64,000 nt of DNA from an uncultured Rhizobium sp. (lineage in GTDB: Bacteria; Pseudomonadota; Alphaproteobacteria; Rhizobiales; Rhizobiaceae). Positions 9,549-19,575 of this stretch are shown one piece after another. Location: contig CAMFHE010000001.1 in the NCBI GenBank assembly GCA_945952045.1, positions 74,041-138,040 on the forward strand, given 5' to 3'. The notes beneath the pieces were generated by a model. The model saw only the letters and a list, made by a program, of their open reading frames with translations, did no database searches and was not told the DNA's origin. The first letter of the stretch is position 1. The number at the start of each line of letters is the position of its first letter. The position numbers and the translations under genes were made by a program.

Positions 9549-10652
9549 ATGACGTCTGCAGCACCGACGGCACTGCCTGTCTTTATTTCTTCACTGAGTA
9601 AATACTACGGCGCCTTTCGCGCGGTCGACGATGTCTCGTTCGACATTGCGGCGGGAGAATTCCTGACGCTTCTCGGGCCCTCCGGTTCGGGAAAAACCAC
9701 CCTGTTGATGATGCTGGCCGGGTTTGCCCGGCCCAGCGCCGGCTCCATCCGCCTCGGCGATCAGGAGGTCATCCACCTGCCGCCGCACAAACGCAATATC
9801 GGCATGGTCTTCCAGAATTATGCTCTTTTTCCGCATATGTCGGTTGGTGAGAATATCGCCTATCCGCTGAAACTGCGGTCGGTGGGCCGCGCGGAGCGGG
9901 AGGAGCGGGTTCGACGCGTTCTCGATCTCATCCAGCTTGGCGGTTATGCGGATCGGAGGATCACCGAGCTTTCCGGCGGTCAGCGCCAGCGGATCGCGCT
10001 GGCGCGGGCCATCGTTTTCGAACCGCGCATCCTTTTGATGGACGAGCCGTTGTCTGCGCTCGACAAGCAGCTGCGCGAGACGATGCAGATCGAGATCCGC
10101 CGCCTGCACGATCGTCTGGGTATGACCACGATTTCGGTAACTCACGATCAGCGCGAGGCGCTGACCATGTCGGATCGCATCGCGGTTTTCTCTCGCGGCC
10201 GTCTGGCGCAGGTGGCGACGCCGAACGATCTCTATGAACGGCCGGCAAGCCGCTTCATCGCCGATTTCATCGGCGAGTCGAGTTTCATTCCCGTCCGCAA
10301 GACCCCGCGCGGGCTGGCCTATGGCGATCAGCTTCTGTGCCTCGCCGATGCCGACGAGGCAAGCCAAGCCGAGCCGATGCTGATGCTGATGCTGCGCCCG
10401 GAACGGCTGCGCATGGTACGTCCGGGCCAGGTGGTACGCGACGAAAAGATCAATGTTTTCAGCGGTCTTGCGCAAAGTGTCGTCTTTCAGGGAGAAAGCC
10501 TGCTTTTCGAGGTCCAGCTCGATCAGGGCGACGTTGTGCTGGTGCGGCAGTCGAACCGGTCGGGCGAGGCGGCGGATCGGCCGAGTGCCGGCGAGCGCGT
10601 CGATCTCGTTCTCGACCGGCCTGATGCCCGCCTCGTCAGCGCGGAGGGCTGA
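9549..10652 (+). CDS. ABC ATP-binding protein, PotA family
   Basis: [27 protein letters not shown]-terminal TOBE-like region. Confidence 0.92.
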   Translation: MTSAAPTALPVFISSLSKYYGAFRAVDDVSFDIAAGEFLTLLGPSGSGKTTLLMMLAGFARPSAGSIRLGDQEVIHLPPHKRNIGMVFQNYALFPHMSVGENIAYPLKLRSVGRAEREERVRRVLDLIQLGGYADRRITELSGGQRQRIALARAIVFEPRILLMDEPLSALDKQLRETMQIEIRRLHDRLGMTTISVTHDQREALTMSDRIAVFSRGRLAQVATPNDLYERPASRFIADFIGESSFIPVRKTPRGLAYGDQLLCLADADEASQAEPMLMLMLRPERLRMVRPGQVVRDEKINVFSGLAQSVVFQGESLLFEVQLDQGDVVLVRQSNRSGEAADRPSAGERVDLVLDRPDARLVSAEG

Positions 10653-10655
10653 GAC

Positions 10656-11582
10656 ATGTCGCTCATCAACGCCGCAAGTCCCGTTTATCCGCCGCCGGCT
10701 GCAAGTGCAGCACAATTGTCGCAGAATGCGCAGGCGCTTGACCGGGATCGCCAGCAGGAGAACAGAAGGCTTTTCCGGCTGTCTCTGCCGGCACTGGCGA
10801 TCGTCATCATCCTGATGGTGGCGCCGATCGGCTGGCTCTTTTCCCTGTCGTTCGTCGGCGCCGATGGCGGTCTGAGCTTTGAAAACTACACACGTATCGT
10901 CACCGACGGCGCCTATGTGTCGATCTTTGCGACGACGTTCCAGGTCGCGGCCGTCGTTACGCTGCTATGCCTGCTGCTCGGCTACCCCGTCGCCTATGTG
11001 CTGACCATCCTGCCGGATCGCTGGGCGCAGATCCTGATGCTGGCGGTGCTGGTTCCCTTCTGGACCTCGCTTCTGGTGCGTACCTATGCCTGGCTTGTAC
11101 TCTTGCAACGGCGCGGCGTCGTCAACGATATGCTTGCCATGCTCGGGCTGATCGATCGGCCGCTGCCGCTCGTCCACAACATGACCGGCGTCATCATCGG
11201 CATGGTCCATATCATGCTGCCGTTCCTGATCATGCCGCTCTACGCCTCGATGAAGGCGATCGACGGCAATCTGATGCGCGCGGCCGCCAATCTCGGCTCG
11301 TCGCCGGTTCATGCCTTCTTCCGGGTTTTCCTGCCGCTGTCGATGCCGGGGCTGATCGCGGGCGCCGTCATGGTCTTCGTCATGTGCCTCGGCTTCTACA
11401 TCACGCCGGCACTTCTCGGCGGCGGCAAGGTGCAGATGATCGCGCAGCGCATCGAACAATCGGTTTCGCTGTTCCCGACATGGGGACCGGCCTCGGCGCT
11501 GGCGGTGGTGCTTCTGGTGTTGACGGGCGGATTCCTGTTGCTGAGCTGGGCGGTCGTGCGCCGGATCTCGGCCAGCGCGTGA
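10656..11582 (+). CDS. ABC permease, PotB-type
   Basis: PFWTSLLVRTYAW, AAANLGS EAA loop. Confidence 0.9.
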   Translation: MSLINAASPVYPPPAASAAQLSQNAQALDRDRQQENRRLFRLSLPALAIVIILMVAPIGWLFSLSFVGADGGLSFENYTRIVTDGAYVSIFATTFQVAAVVTLLCLLLGYPVAYVLTILPDRWAQILMLAVLVPFWTSLLVRTYAWLVLLQRRGVVNDMLAMLGLIDRPLPLVHNMTGVIIGMVHIMLPFLIMPLYASMKAIDGNLMRAAANLGSSPVHAFFRVFLPLSMPGLIAGAVMVFVMCLGFYITPALLGGGKVQMIAQRIEQSVSLFPTWGPASALAVVLLVLTGGFLLLSWAVVRRISASA

Positions 11583-11594
11583 GGGGAGAGATCG

Positions 11595-12392
11595 ATGGAA
11601 TCGCATATCACCCACAAGCAACGCCTCTGGCTTTACGCGCTGACAGCCCTGATCCTGCTGTTTCTGGTGGTGCCGACGCTGATCGTCATTCCCATGTCCT
11701 TCAGCTCGGCCAATTCGCTCGCCTTTCCGCCGCCCGGCTGGTCGCTGCGCTGGTATGAAAACTTCTTCGAGCAGGACAAATGGCTGCTGGCGGCGCTGGT
11801 GTCGCTGCGCACCGCCTTCGGCACGATGATCGTTGCCACGACGCTCGGCACCGCCGCAGCCTACAGCCTGCATGTCGGCGAATTCGCCCTGCGCGGCACC
11901 ATTTACGCAACTCTTGCCGCGCCGCTGGCGATCCCCGCCATCCTGCTCGCCATCGGTCTGTTCTTCGTCTACGCCTCGGCTGGGCTGCTCAACACCACCG
12001 CCGGGCTGATCATTGCGCATACGCTGGTTGCGATCCCCTTCGTGCTGATCACCATGATGGCGGGTTTCAAATCCTACGACATGGCGCAGGAAATGGTTGC
12101 CCGCAGCCTTGGCGCAAACCGGCTGAAGGCATTCTTGACGGTGACCTTGCCACAGGTGAAATTCTCGGTGATGTCGGCGGCACTGCTGTCCTTCATCGTC
12201 TCCTTCGATGAGGTCGTCGTGTCGGTCTTCGTTTCCGGCGGCGATGCCTCGACGCTGACCAAGGTGATGTTCCAGACGCTGCGCGACGACATCGATCCGA
12301 CAATTGCGGCGGTCTCGACGCTGATGCTGATCATCGCAACCGCGCCGCCGCTTGTCTTGCAACTGGCGGCCAACAGAAAGCGGGAGCCCTGA
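11595..12392 (+). CDS. ABC permease, PotC-type
   Basis: FPPPGWSLRWY, EMVARSLGA, SFDEVVV. Confidence 0.9.
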   Translation: MESHITHKQRLWLYALTALILLFLVVPTLIVIPMSFSSANSLAFPPPGWSLRWYENFFEQDKWLLAALVSLRTAFGTMIVATTLGTAAAYSLHVGEFALRGTIYATLAAPLAIPAILLAIGLFFVYASAGLLNTTAGLIIAHTLVAIPFVLITMMAGFKSYDMAQEMVARSLGANRLKAFLTVTLPQVKFSVMSAALLSFIVSFDEVVVSVFVSGGDASTLTKVMFQTLRDDIDPTIAAVSTLMLIIATAPPLVLQLAANRKREP

Positions 12393-12393
12393 C

Positions 12394-13212
12394 ATGATTG
12401 AACGCCTCAATGCCGATCTCGCCGGTTTCGTGGAACTGCATGGCCATGAGCGGGTGCTCGAAATCCGCATGGTCAAGCCCAAGGTCAATTCCATCTGCCG
12501 CCGTCTGAGCCGGGCGATGGAGCGCGCCGCGCTTTTCCTGCAGGAAAGCGACGATTTCCAGGTGGGCGTGGTGACAAGCGGTCAGGACAGGGCTTTTTCC
12601 GCCGGCCTCGACTTCAACGAAGCGGAAAGTTTTGGCGACGATCCCGACGGGCCGACCAAAGGCGGGTTCGGTGGCATCACCCGGCTTTGGGAATTGAAGA
12701 AGCCGCTGATCGCCGCGATCAATGCCCCGGCAATCGGCGGCGGCATGGAACTGGCGCTCGCCTGCGACCTGATCGTCATGGCCGATACCGCCTATTTCGA
12801 GTTGCCCGAGCTGCAGCGCGGCCTGTTGCCGGATGGCGGCGGTCTCCAGCGCCTGCCGCGCCGCATTCCCTATAACGTCGCGACCGCGATGATCTGGACC
12901 GGCCAGAAGATGACCGCCGCCGAGGCCGTTTCCTGGGGGCTTGTCCATCGCGCCGTGCCTGCGGCCGAGTTGCGGCAGACCGTCATGGCCATCGCGCAGA
13001 AGATGACGCGCGATGCGCCGCTGGCACAGCAGGCCTTCAAGGAGGTCTTGCGCAATGTCGATGGCCTGTCGGACCGCGAGGCGATGCAGATCGGCGCGAC
13101 CGCCAGCGGCCCGGAATACGTGACTTATGCGCGCATGCTTGCCTCCGAAGACATGCTGGAAGGGCAAAGGGCGTTTCTGGAACGCCGGCCGCCACGCTGG
13201 AGCGGCCGTTAG
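12394..13212 (+). CDS. Enoyl-CoA hydratase, CaiD (crotonobetainyl-CoA hydratase)-like
   Basis: FSAGLD, GGFGGIT, GGGMELALACD and LPELQRG (both catalytic Glu), DGGGLQRLPRRIP. Confidence 0.8.
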   Translation: MIERLNADLAGFVELHGHERVLEIRMVKPKVNSICRRLSRAMERAALFLQESDDFQVGVVTSGQDRAFSAGLDFNEAESFGDDPDGPTKGGFGGITRLWELKKPLIAAINAPAIGGGMELALACDLIVMADTAYFELPELQRGLLPDGGGLQRLPRRIPYNVATAMIWTGQKMTAAEAVSWGLVHRAVPAAELRQTVMAIAQKMTRDAPLAQQAFKEVLRNVDGLSDREAMQIGATASGPEYVTYARMLASEDMLEGQRAFLERRPPRWSGR

Positions 13213-13247
13213 AACCAACCGATATCCGAACAATCAAGGGATCGAAC

Positions 13248-14036
13248 ATGTACACCTATATAGAGACGGAACGCCACGGCGCGGTCGGGGTGATCGCCCT
13301 CAATCGCCCTGAAGCACGCAATGCGCTCGGCATGGGCCTGACGATCGAGCTGCGCCGCGCCGTGAAGGAGGCCGCCGCCGATACGAGCCTGCGAGCCTTG
13401 ATCCTGACTGGACGCGGCGGCGCATTTTCGGCCGGGGCCGACATCAAGGAATGGGCCGAGAAGGTGGACGGCGTCGATCCCTGGCCGGACATGAACTGGG
13501 TCGAGGAATCGCTGAAGCTGATCCAGGAGGTCAACGCCCTTCCCAAGCCGACGATTGCGATGATCGACGGCGCGGCCGTCGGCGCCGGTCTCGACATGGC
13601 GCTGGCCTGCGATTTTCGCTACGCCTCCGACCGGTCGAAATTCATCTGCTCCTATACCAATGTCGGCTATTCGCCCGATTGCGGCGGCACCTGGCTGATG
13701 CCGCGCGTCATGGGGCTGGAGGCAGCCAAGCGCTTTGCCTTTACCGGTGCGCTCTGGACAGCGCAGATTGCGCTCGAAAACCGGCTGGTCTCGCATGTCA
13801 GCCCGCAGGCGGAGCTTTTTGCGGACACGCTCGCCTTCGCCCAGCAACTGGCCTCCGGCCCGACTGTCGCCATCGGCCTTGCCAAGAAACTCATGAACGC
13901 CTCGTCGCTGCGCTCGCTCGCCGAGCAACAGATCGAGGAAGTCGCCGCCGGTCGCATCTGCGCGACGACAAGGGATCACGCCGAAGGGCTTGCGGCCGCC
14001 AATGAACGCCGCGCGCCGAACTTCGTCGGCGCATAA
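13248..14036 (+). CDS. Crotonase-superfamily enzyme (isomerase/hydrolase/lyase type)
   Basis: FSAGADI, GAGLDMALACD, VGYSPDCGG (Asp as in PaaG-type enzymes; hydratase Glu pair absent). Confidence 0.85.
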   Translation: MYTYIETERHGAVGVIALNRPEARNALGMGLTIELRRAVKEAAADTSLRALILTGRGGAFSAGADIKEWAEKVDGVDPWPDMNWVEESLKLIQEVNALPKPTIAMIDGAAVGAGLDMALACDFRYASDRSKFICSYTNVGYSPDCGGTWLMPRVMGLEAAKRFAFTGALWTAQIALENRLVSHVSPQAELFADTLAFAQQLASGPTVAIGLAKKLMNASSLRSLAEQQIEEVAAGRICATTRDHAEGLAAANERRAPNFVGA

Positions 14037-14047
14037 GGAGGAACAAA

Positions 14048-15205
14048 GTGGATTTCAGCCTGAGTTTCGAACAGGAAACCCTGATTCAATCGCTAACCGA
14101 TTTCGTCGAGAAGGAGCTTTACCCGCACGAAAACATCGTCGAGGAACTGCGCAAGGTGCCGGAGGAAATCGCCCAGGATGTCCGGCGCAAGGCGAACGAG
14201 GCGGGCTTTACCGCCATGAACATGCCGGAAGAGCTGGGCGGCCCTGGTCTTGACCACCAGACCATCGCCCAGGCCGAACGCATCCTCGGCAAGCCATCGG
14301 CCGCCCTGTCGCTGCTGATCAAACGGCCGACGAAGATCCTCCTCAAATGCCAGGGCGAGCAGATCGAAGACTATTTGATGCCGACCATTCGTGGCGACAA
14401 GACCGATTGCTTTGCGCTGACCGAGCCCGGCGCCGGCTCCGACGCACGCGGCATCGTCACCAAGGCGGAGCGCCAGGGCGGCGAGTGGGTGATCAACGGC
14501 GTCAAGCAGTTCATCTCGCATGCCGACGATTCCGATTACATCATCCTGATTGCGGTGACCGGCGTCGACGAGACCCCGAAGGGACCGCAGAAGCGCTTCA
14601 CCGCCTTCCTGCTCGATGTCGATCTGCCGGGCATCCGCATCGAGACGATGAAATCGATCTGCACGCGGGGCTACAATCCGAACATGATCTATCTGGAGAA
14701 CGTGCGCGTTCCCGACAGCAAGATCCTCGGCAAGGAAGGCGAAGGTTTCCTGATGGCCAATGACTGGCTGTATGCCGGCCGGGTCAATCTTTCCGCCCAT
14801 TGCGTCGGCCGGGCCGAGCGCATTTTCGAGATGGCCTGCGACTGGGCGGCAAACCGCAAGGCGTTTGGCAGGACGATCGGCGAATTCCAGGGAACCGGCT
14901 TCAAGATCTCCGACATGGCGCTCGATATCCGTCTCGGCGATCTCATGGTCAAGGAGGCCGCCTGGAAGCTCGATCAGGGCGCGATGGACCGGGCGCAGTC
15001 ATCCATGGTCAATCTCTATTGCTCGGAAATGGTGTACCGTGTCGCCGACAATGCCGTACAGGTTTTCGGCGGCATGGGGATGATGGAGGATTTCCCGATC
15101 CAGCGCTTCTGGCGTGATGCACGCATCGAAAGAATCTGGGAAGGCACCTCCGAAATTCATCGCGACATCATTGCGAAGGATATCCTGCGGGGGTATCGCC
15201 ACTAG
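14048..15205 (+). CDS. Acyl-CoA dehydrogenase
   Basis: FALTEPGAGSD, INGVKQFIS, RKAFGRTI, RDARIERIWEGTSEI. Confidence 0.93.
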   Translation: MDFSLSFEQETLIQSLTDFVEKELYPHENIVEELRKVPEEIAQDVRRKANEAGFTAMNMPEELGGPGLDHQTIAQAERILGKPSAALSLLIKRPTKILLKCQGEQIEDYLMPTIRGDKTDCFALTEPGAGSDARGIVTKAERQGGEWVINGVKQFISHADDSDYIILIAVTGVDETPKGPQKRFTAFLLDVDLPGIRIETMKSICTRGYNPNMIYLENVRVPDSKILGKEGEGFLMANDWLYAGRVNLSAHCVGRAERIFEMACDWAANRKAFGRTIGEFQGTGFKISDMALDIRLGDLMVKEAAWKLDQGAMDRAQSSMVNLYCSEMVYRVADNAVQVFGGMGMMEDFPIQRFWRDARIERIWEGTSEIHRDIIAKDILRGYRH

Positions 15206-15232
15206 TCGAGCGGGTAAGCATAGGGGGACCGG

Positions 15233-15892
15233 ATGAAGCGGGCGGAAAAGAAGATCCTGACGCTTGAAACACGGCGGCGCGAATTGACGATCGCCACCTT
15301 GGAGTCGATCCGCAAGCATGGCTACATGAATTCGACGATCAGCACGATCAGCGAAGAATCCGGCCTGTCACGCGGTTTGATCAGCCATTATTTCAAGAAC
15401 AAGGACGATCTGATCCTGTTTGCCTTCCGGCATCTGACGGAGCTTCTGGAGGCCATTCACCGTCACGTCGTTCGTTCGTGGGGGCCGAGCCATTTCGACA
15501 AGCTGCTTGCTTCGGCGATGGCGACCTTCCTGCCCAACCAGCCGTATCGCGAGGTCTGGCTGCATTTCTACAGCGCCTCGCGCCTGCAGCCGGAAGTTGC
15601 CCAGATGCACCGTGCCCTGTGGGGACGGTTCAGGGCATCCGTCCAGCGGCGGATCACCGCGGCGGCCGAGGAACGGGGCATGACGATCGACATACAGAGC
15701 ACGGCGTTGATGTATACGCAGTTGATCGACGGTCTTTGGCTCGGCCTGGTGGTGGAGGAAGCGTATGACGAGGCGACCTGTCGCCAGATCATGCGTGACT
15801 GGTTGTGCGATGTCTTCAAGGAAGACCGCGAAAAACACTCCATCGTACCGCCTTTCGACGTGACGGCGCTCCGCGAGGAATTGTCCCTCTGA
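15233..15892 (+). CDS. TetR family regulator, BetI-like
   Basis: RRRELTIAT..SI...G, GLSRGLISHYFKNKDDL HTH, WLHFY and LIDGLWL BetI C-terminal features. Confidence 0.82.
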   Translation: MKRAEKKILTLETRRRELTIATLESIRKHGYMNSTISTISEESGLSRGLISHYFKNKDDLILFAFRHLTELLEAIHRHVVRSWGPSHFDKLLASAMATFLPNQPYREVWLHFYSASRLQPEVAQMHRALWGRFRASVQRRITAAAEERGMTIDIQSTALMYTQLIDGLWLGLVVEEAYDEATCRQIMRDWLCDVFKEDREKHSIVPPFDVTALREELSL

Positions 15893-15991
15893 CCCCATGA
15901 ATATGGCCCGGGCGCGAGGCGCCCGGCTTCTTCCGTCGGATCCGCATTGGGTCCGGTTTCGCATTTCCATGTGTTTTACGAGGCAGAGGCC

Positions 15992-18163
15992 ATGTCACTT
16001 CCGTCACAGTCAGTTTCGACCGATTCCGCACTTCCGTCACGCCTGTCCGATGCGCGCCGGGAAAATTTCAGGCGTCTTCTTGCGCCGCGCCACATCGTGT
16101 TCATGGGCGGCACCTATGCCGAATACACACTGCGCAACATTCGCCGGCACGGCTTTTCCGGCGAGGTCTATGTCGTCAACGCCAAGCGCGACGAGATCGG
16201 CGGCTACAAATGCTATCGCAGCCTGTCCGATCTGCCGGTCTCGCCGGATGCGACCTATCTCGGCGTCAATGCGGATGTGACGGTCGAGGCGCTTGGCGAA
16301 CTCGAGCGCATGAAGGCCGGCGGCGTCATTTGCTATGCATCCGGCTTTTCGGAAATCGGCGAGGCGGGCGCCGAGCGCAACCGCCGGCTGATCGCGGCGG
16401 CCGGCGAAATGGCCGTGGTCGGGCCGAACTGCTATGGCCTCGTCAATTATGTGAACCATGCCAGCATGTGGCCTTCGGGCTATCAGCCGCTGACCACGCG
16501 GCGCGGCGCGGCCGTCGTCGGCCAGAGCGGCAATGTCTGCATCCACCTGACCTCGAACCAGCGGTCCGTGCCGTTCAGCTATCTCATCAGCGCCGGAAAC
16601 CAGGCCGTTCTCGGGTTCGAGGATTACATCGACTATCTGACGGATGATGAGAACGTGACCTGCATCGGTCTGTTCATGGAAGGCATTCGCGATGTGCCTG
16701 CCTTTTCGCAAGCCTGCCTGCGCGCGCGCGAAAAGGGCATGCCGATCATCGTTTGCCGTTCCGGTCGTTCCGAACTCGGCGCGACGATGGCGGCAAGCCA
16801 CACCAGTTCTCTCGCCGGCCAGAACGAATATTACGACGCGCTCTTCGCCCGCCTCGGCGTCATCGCCACCGACACCGTGCCGCAATTTCTGGAAATGCTG
16901 AAGATCGCCTCGGTCACGCCGGTGCTTTCCGGCCCTCGGATCGCGGTGTTTTCCAGCTCCGGCGGCGATAACGGCCTGGCCGCCGATTATTGCTCTTTCG
17001 CAGGACTGGAACTGCCGCAGCCTTCGAAACAGCAGGTCGATGCCATCAAGCCGTTGCTGCCGGATTTCGGCCATGTCTCGAATCCGCTGGATTTCACGGC
17101 GGGCTATTGGGGCAATGAAGCGCTGCTGACGCCGATGTTCACGACGATGCTGGAGGGCGGCTATGACAGCGGCCTGATGGTGATGGATCATCCCTCGCCA
17201 AAGGTGGCCGAAGACGCCGGCGATCCGATCCTGGCGATGATCCGCGCACTTGCGGCCGCCGGCAAGGCGACGGGCAAGCCTGTTTTCATGGGTTCGGTCA
17301 ATCCGGAATCGATCCCGGAGGCGGTGCGCATATGGATGCTGGAGCTTGGCGTCGTTCCGCTACAGGGTCTGCATGATGCTGCAAAGGTCGTCGGGCTCTG
17401 GGCGGAATATTCCGCAATCCTGCGGCAGGACCGCGCGGTTGGCCGGGCGCGCACCGATCTCGTCCTGTATCCGACAGTGCCTGCAAGCGATGAAACCCGA
17501 ACGATCAACGAAGCCGAATCCAAGCGCCGGCTGGCCGCCTTCGGGCTGTCGGTGCCAAAGCGACAAGTTTTGTCGCGCGCCGAAATCGACGGCTTACCCG
17601 AAACGCTGGATAAGCCCGCCGTCCTCAAGGTGTTGCATGACGAATTGCCGCACAAGACCGAGGTCGGCGGGGTCGCGCTCAACCTGCGGCGCCGCGCCGA
17701 TCTGCAGGCGGCGGCCGATCGGATGGTGGAGACCGTTCGCGATCATGCGCCCGACATCCGGCTCGATCGCTACCTGATGGAACCGATGCAGCCGGCGCCC
17801 CTTGCCGAACTGATCGTTGGCGTCAAACGCGATCCGCTGTTTGGCATGGTTCTGGTCGTCGGCGCCGGCGGTATCTTCGTCGAATTGCTGAAGGATGCCC
17901 GGCCGCTTTTGCTGCCAACCTCCAGAGACCAGGTCGAAGCGGCCTTGCGCAGCCTGAAAACCTTTCCGCTGCTCGATGGCTTTCGCGGCAAGCCACGCGC
18001 CGATCTCCAGCCCGTCATCGACGCGATCATGGCGATTGCCGCCTATGCCGGAGAGGCGCGCGAAACGCTCTCCGAACTCGATGTCAACCCGCTGATGGTC
18101 TACGAAAACGGCGCTGTCGCCGTCGATGCGCTGATCGTGGAAACGGCACAGCCGCCCCGTTGA
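15992..18163 (+). CDS. ADP-forming acyl-CoA synthetase (acetate--CoA ligase family, fused alpha/beta)
   Basis: GPNCYG, GQSGN, SHTSSLAG phospho-His, NPLDF, HKTEVGGV, ELDVNPL. Confidence 0.9.
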   Translation: MSLPSQSVSTDSALPSRLSDARRENFRRLLAPRHIVFMGGTYAEYTLRNIRRHGFSGEVYVVNAKRDEIGGYKCYRSLSDLPVSPDATYLGVNADVTVEALGELERMKAGGVICYASGFSEIGEAGAERNRRLIAAAGEMAVVGPNCYGLVNYVNHASMWPSGYQPLTTRRGAAVVGQSGNVCIHLTSNQRSVPFSYLISAGNQAVLGFEDYIDYLTDDENVTCIGLFMEGIRDVPAFSQACLRAREKGMPIIVCRSGRSELGATMAASHTSSLAGQNEYYDALFARLGVIATDTVPQFLEMLKIASVTPVLSGPRIAVFSSSGGDNGLAADYCSFAGLELPQPSKQQVDAIKPLLPDFGHVSNPLDFTAGYWGNEALLTPMFTTMLEGGYDSGLMVMDHPSPKVAEDAGDPILAMIRALAAAGKATGKPVFMGSVNPESIPEAVRIWMLELGVVPLQGLHDAAKVVGLWAEYSAILRQDRAVGRARTDLVLYPTVPASDETRTINEAESKRRLAAFGLSVPKRQVLSRAEIDGLPETLDKPAVLKVLHDELPHKTEVGGVALNLRRRADLQAAADRMVETVRDHAPDIRLDRYLMEPMQPAPLAELIVGVKRDPLFGMVLVVGAGGIFVELLKDARPLLLPTSRDQVEAALRSLKTFPLLDGFRGKPRADLQPVIDAIMAIAAYAGEARETLSELDVNPLMVYENGAVAVDALIVETAQPPR

Positions 18164-18194
18164 TCGGAGCCTGAAACGGGCTTCCTAAGCCCGT

Positions 18195-18875
18195 TTACGC
18201 CAGGATCGTCTTGGCCAATGTGGCTGCGGCGCCAACATGGGCGCGGCAGGCGGAAGCGGCGGCGTCCGGGTCGTTGGCCTCGATGGCCGAGAAGATCTCG
18301 CGGATCTGCGAGGGCCCTGACGACATGCGGTTTGCCGTCGACAGGGTCATGACGCGCAGTCTGGAGATGCGGCTGTTGAGCCGGCTGACGATTTCCCAGG
18401 CGATGCTGTGGCCACCGGCCTCGAAGACGACTTTATAAAAGTCGGTCGTGGCGTCGAGCACGCCGACCGGTGAATTCTGCTTCGACGTCCGCTCCAGTTC
18501 GGTCATCGCCTTGCGAAGTGCGGCTTTCACGTCAGGCCCGGCAACACGGGCGCAATCGGCAACGGCGGTTGCCTCGAGGGCGGCGCGGATCTCGTAAATC
18601 TGGCGCGCGTCGTCCCAATTCAGCGTCGCGACGATCGGTCCCTGCTTGGCCAGCATCTCGACCAGCCCCTCTGCTTCGAGATGGCGGATGACTTCGCGAA
18701 TAACCGAGCGCGAAACGCCAAGCTGCTCGCATAATGTCCGCTCCACCAGTCTTTCGCCCGGCTCGAAAACGCCGCCGATAATGGCGCGACGCATTCGCTC
18801 CAGCGCGATCTCGCGGAGCGTGGCAGGGGGGGATTCGATGCGGAGAGCCGCAAGATTCTCGGCGTTTTTTGTCAT
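18195..18875 (-). CDS. GntR/FCD family regulator of the tgn-like cluster
   Basis: PGERLVERTLCEQLGVSRSVIRE HTH, FCD C-terminus; divergent from the catabolic operon. Confidence 0.9.
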   Translation of the reverse strand: MTKNAENLAALRIESPPATLREIALERMRRAIIGGVFEPGERLVERTLCEQLGVSRSVIREVIRHLEAEGLVEMLAKQGPIVATLNWDDARQIYEIRAALEATAVADCARVAGPDVKAALRKAMTELERTSKQNSPVGVLDATTDFYKVVFEAGGHSIAWEIVSRLNSRISRLRVMTLSTANRMSSGPSQIREIFSAIEANDPDAAASACRAHVGAAATLAKTILA

Positions 18876-18914
18876 GCCTCCTTCATAGCCGTAAAAAAAG
18901 TCTAACACAACGGC

Positions 18915-18944
18915 TTGACACTTCGTCTTATGGTATACCATGAT
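18915..18944 (+). promoter_or_regulatory. Sigma70-like promoter with overlapping GntR/FadR-type operator
   Basis: TTGACA (18915-18920), perfect palindrome ATGGTATACCAT (18930-18941), CATGAT as a -10 candidate. Confidence 0.65.
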
Positions 18945-18975
18945 ACAGGAAGATTGAAAGACAGGAGGATGTCCG

Positions 18976-19575
18976 GTGGCGCTGATCCGCAAAACACTGC
19001 TGCATGTGGAAACGACGTTTGTTGAAGGCGGCAAGGAAGCGCAAAAGCCGCTGAAGCTGATCGCAGCCATGGCGGTGGTGAAGAACCCCTGGGCGGGCCG
19101 TGGCTTCGTCGAAAACCTGAAGCCGGAAATCCACGCCGTCGCGCCGATCCTCGGCGAAGTCTTGACCAAGATGATCCTGGATGAGGCCGGTTCCGGCGAA
19201 GCCGTCGAAGCCTATGGCAAGTCGGCAGTCGTCGGCCTCGACGGCGAAGTGGAGCACGGGTCGGCTCTCATCCACACGCTGCGTTTCGGCAATCACTATC
19301 GCACCGCCGTCGGCGCCAAGTCCTATCTCGCCTTCTGCAATACGCGCGGCGCAGCCAACGCGCCGATCATGATCCCGCTGATGGACAAGAACGACGAGGG
19401 CCGCCGCTCGCATTATCTGACTATCCAATGCGCCATTCCGGATGCGCCTGCTGCCGACGAAATCGTCGTGGCGCTCGGTGCCTCCATCGGCGGTCGTCCG
19501 CATCATCGCATCGGCGATCGCTACCAGGATCTCAAGGAGCTTGGCCACGATGTCGCAAACCCTGCCGCGGTCTGA
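18976..19575 (+). CDS. DUF1185 / amino-acid-synthesis family protein
   Basis: NPWAGRGFVENL, YGKSAVVGLDGEVEH, RSHYLT, DAPAADEI, GGRPHHRIG; GTG start after GGAGG. Confidence 0.85.
   Translation: MALIRKTLLHVETTFVEGGKEAQKPLKLIAAMAVVKNPWAGRGFVENLKPEIHAVAPILGEVLTKMILDEAGSGEAVEAYGKSAVVGLDGEVEHGSALIHTLRFGNHYRTAVGAKSYLAFCNTRGAANAPIMIPLMDKNDEGRRSHYLTIQCAIPDAPAADEIVVALGASIGGRPHHRIGDRYQDLKELGHDVANPAAV

Noticed and set aside
10377-10394. ATGCTG triple repeat (MLMLML) in the PotA-type ATPase
   Set aside because: In-frame and short; at most a minor slippage, not a phase-variation tract.
15908-15932. GC hairpin between the BetI-like gene and the CoA ligase as a riboswitch/attenuator
   Set aside because: Single 8-bp stem with a weak U tract; no aptamer features visible.
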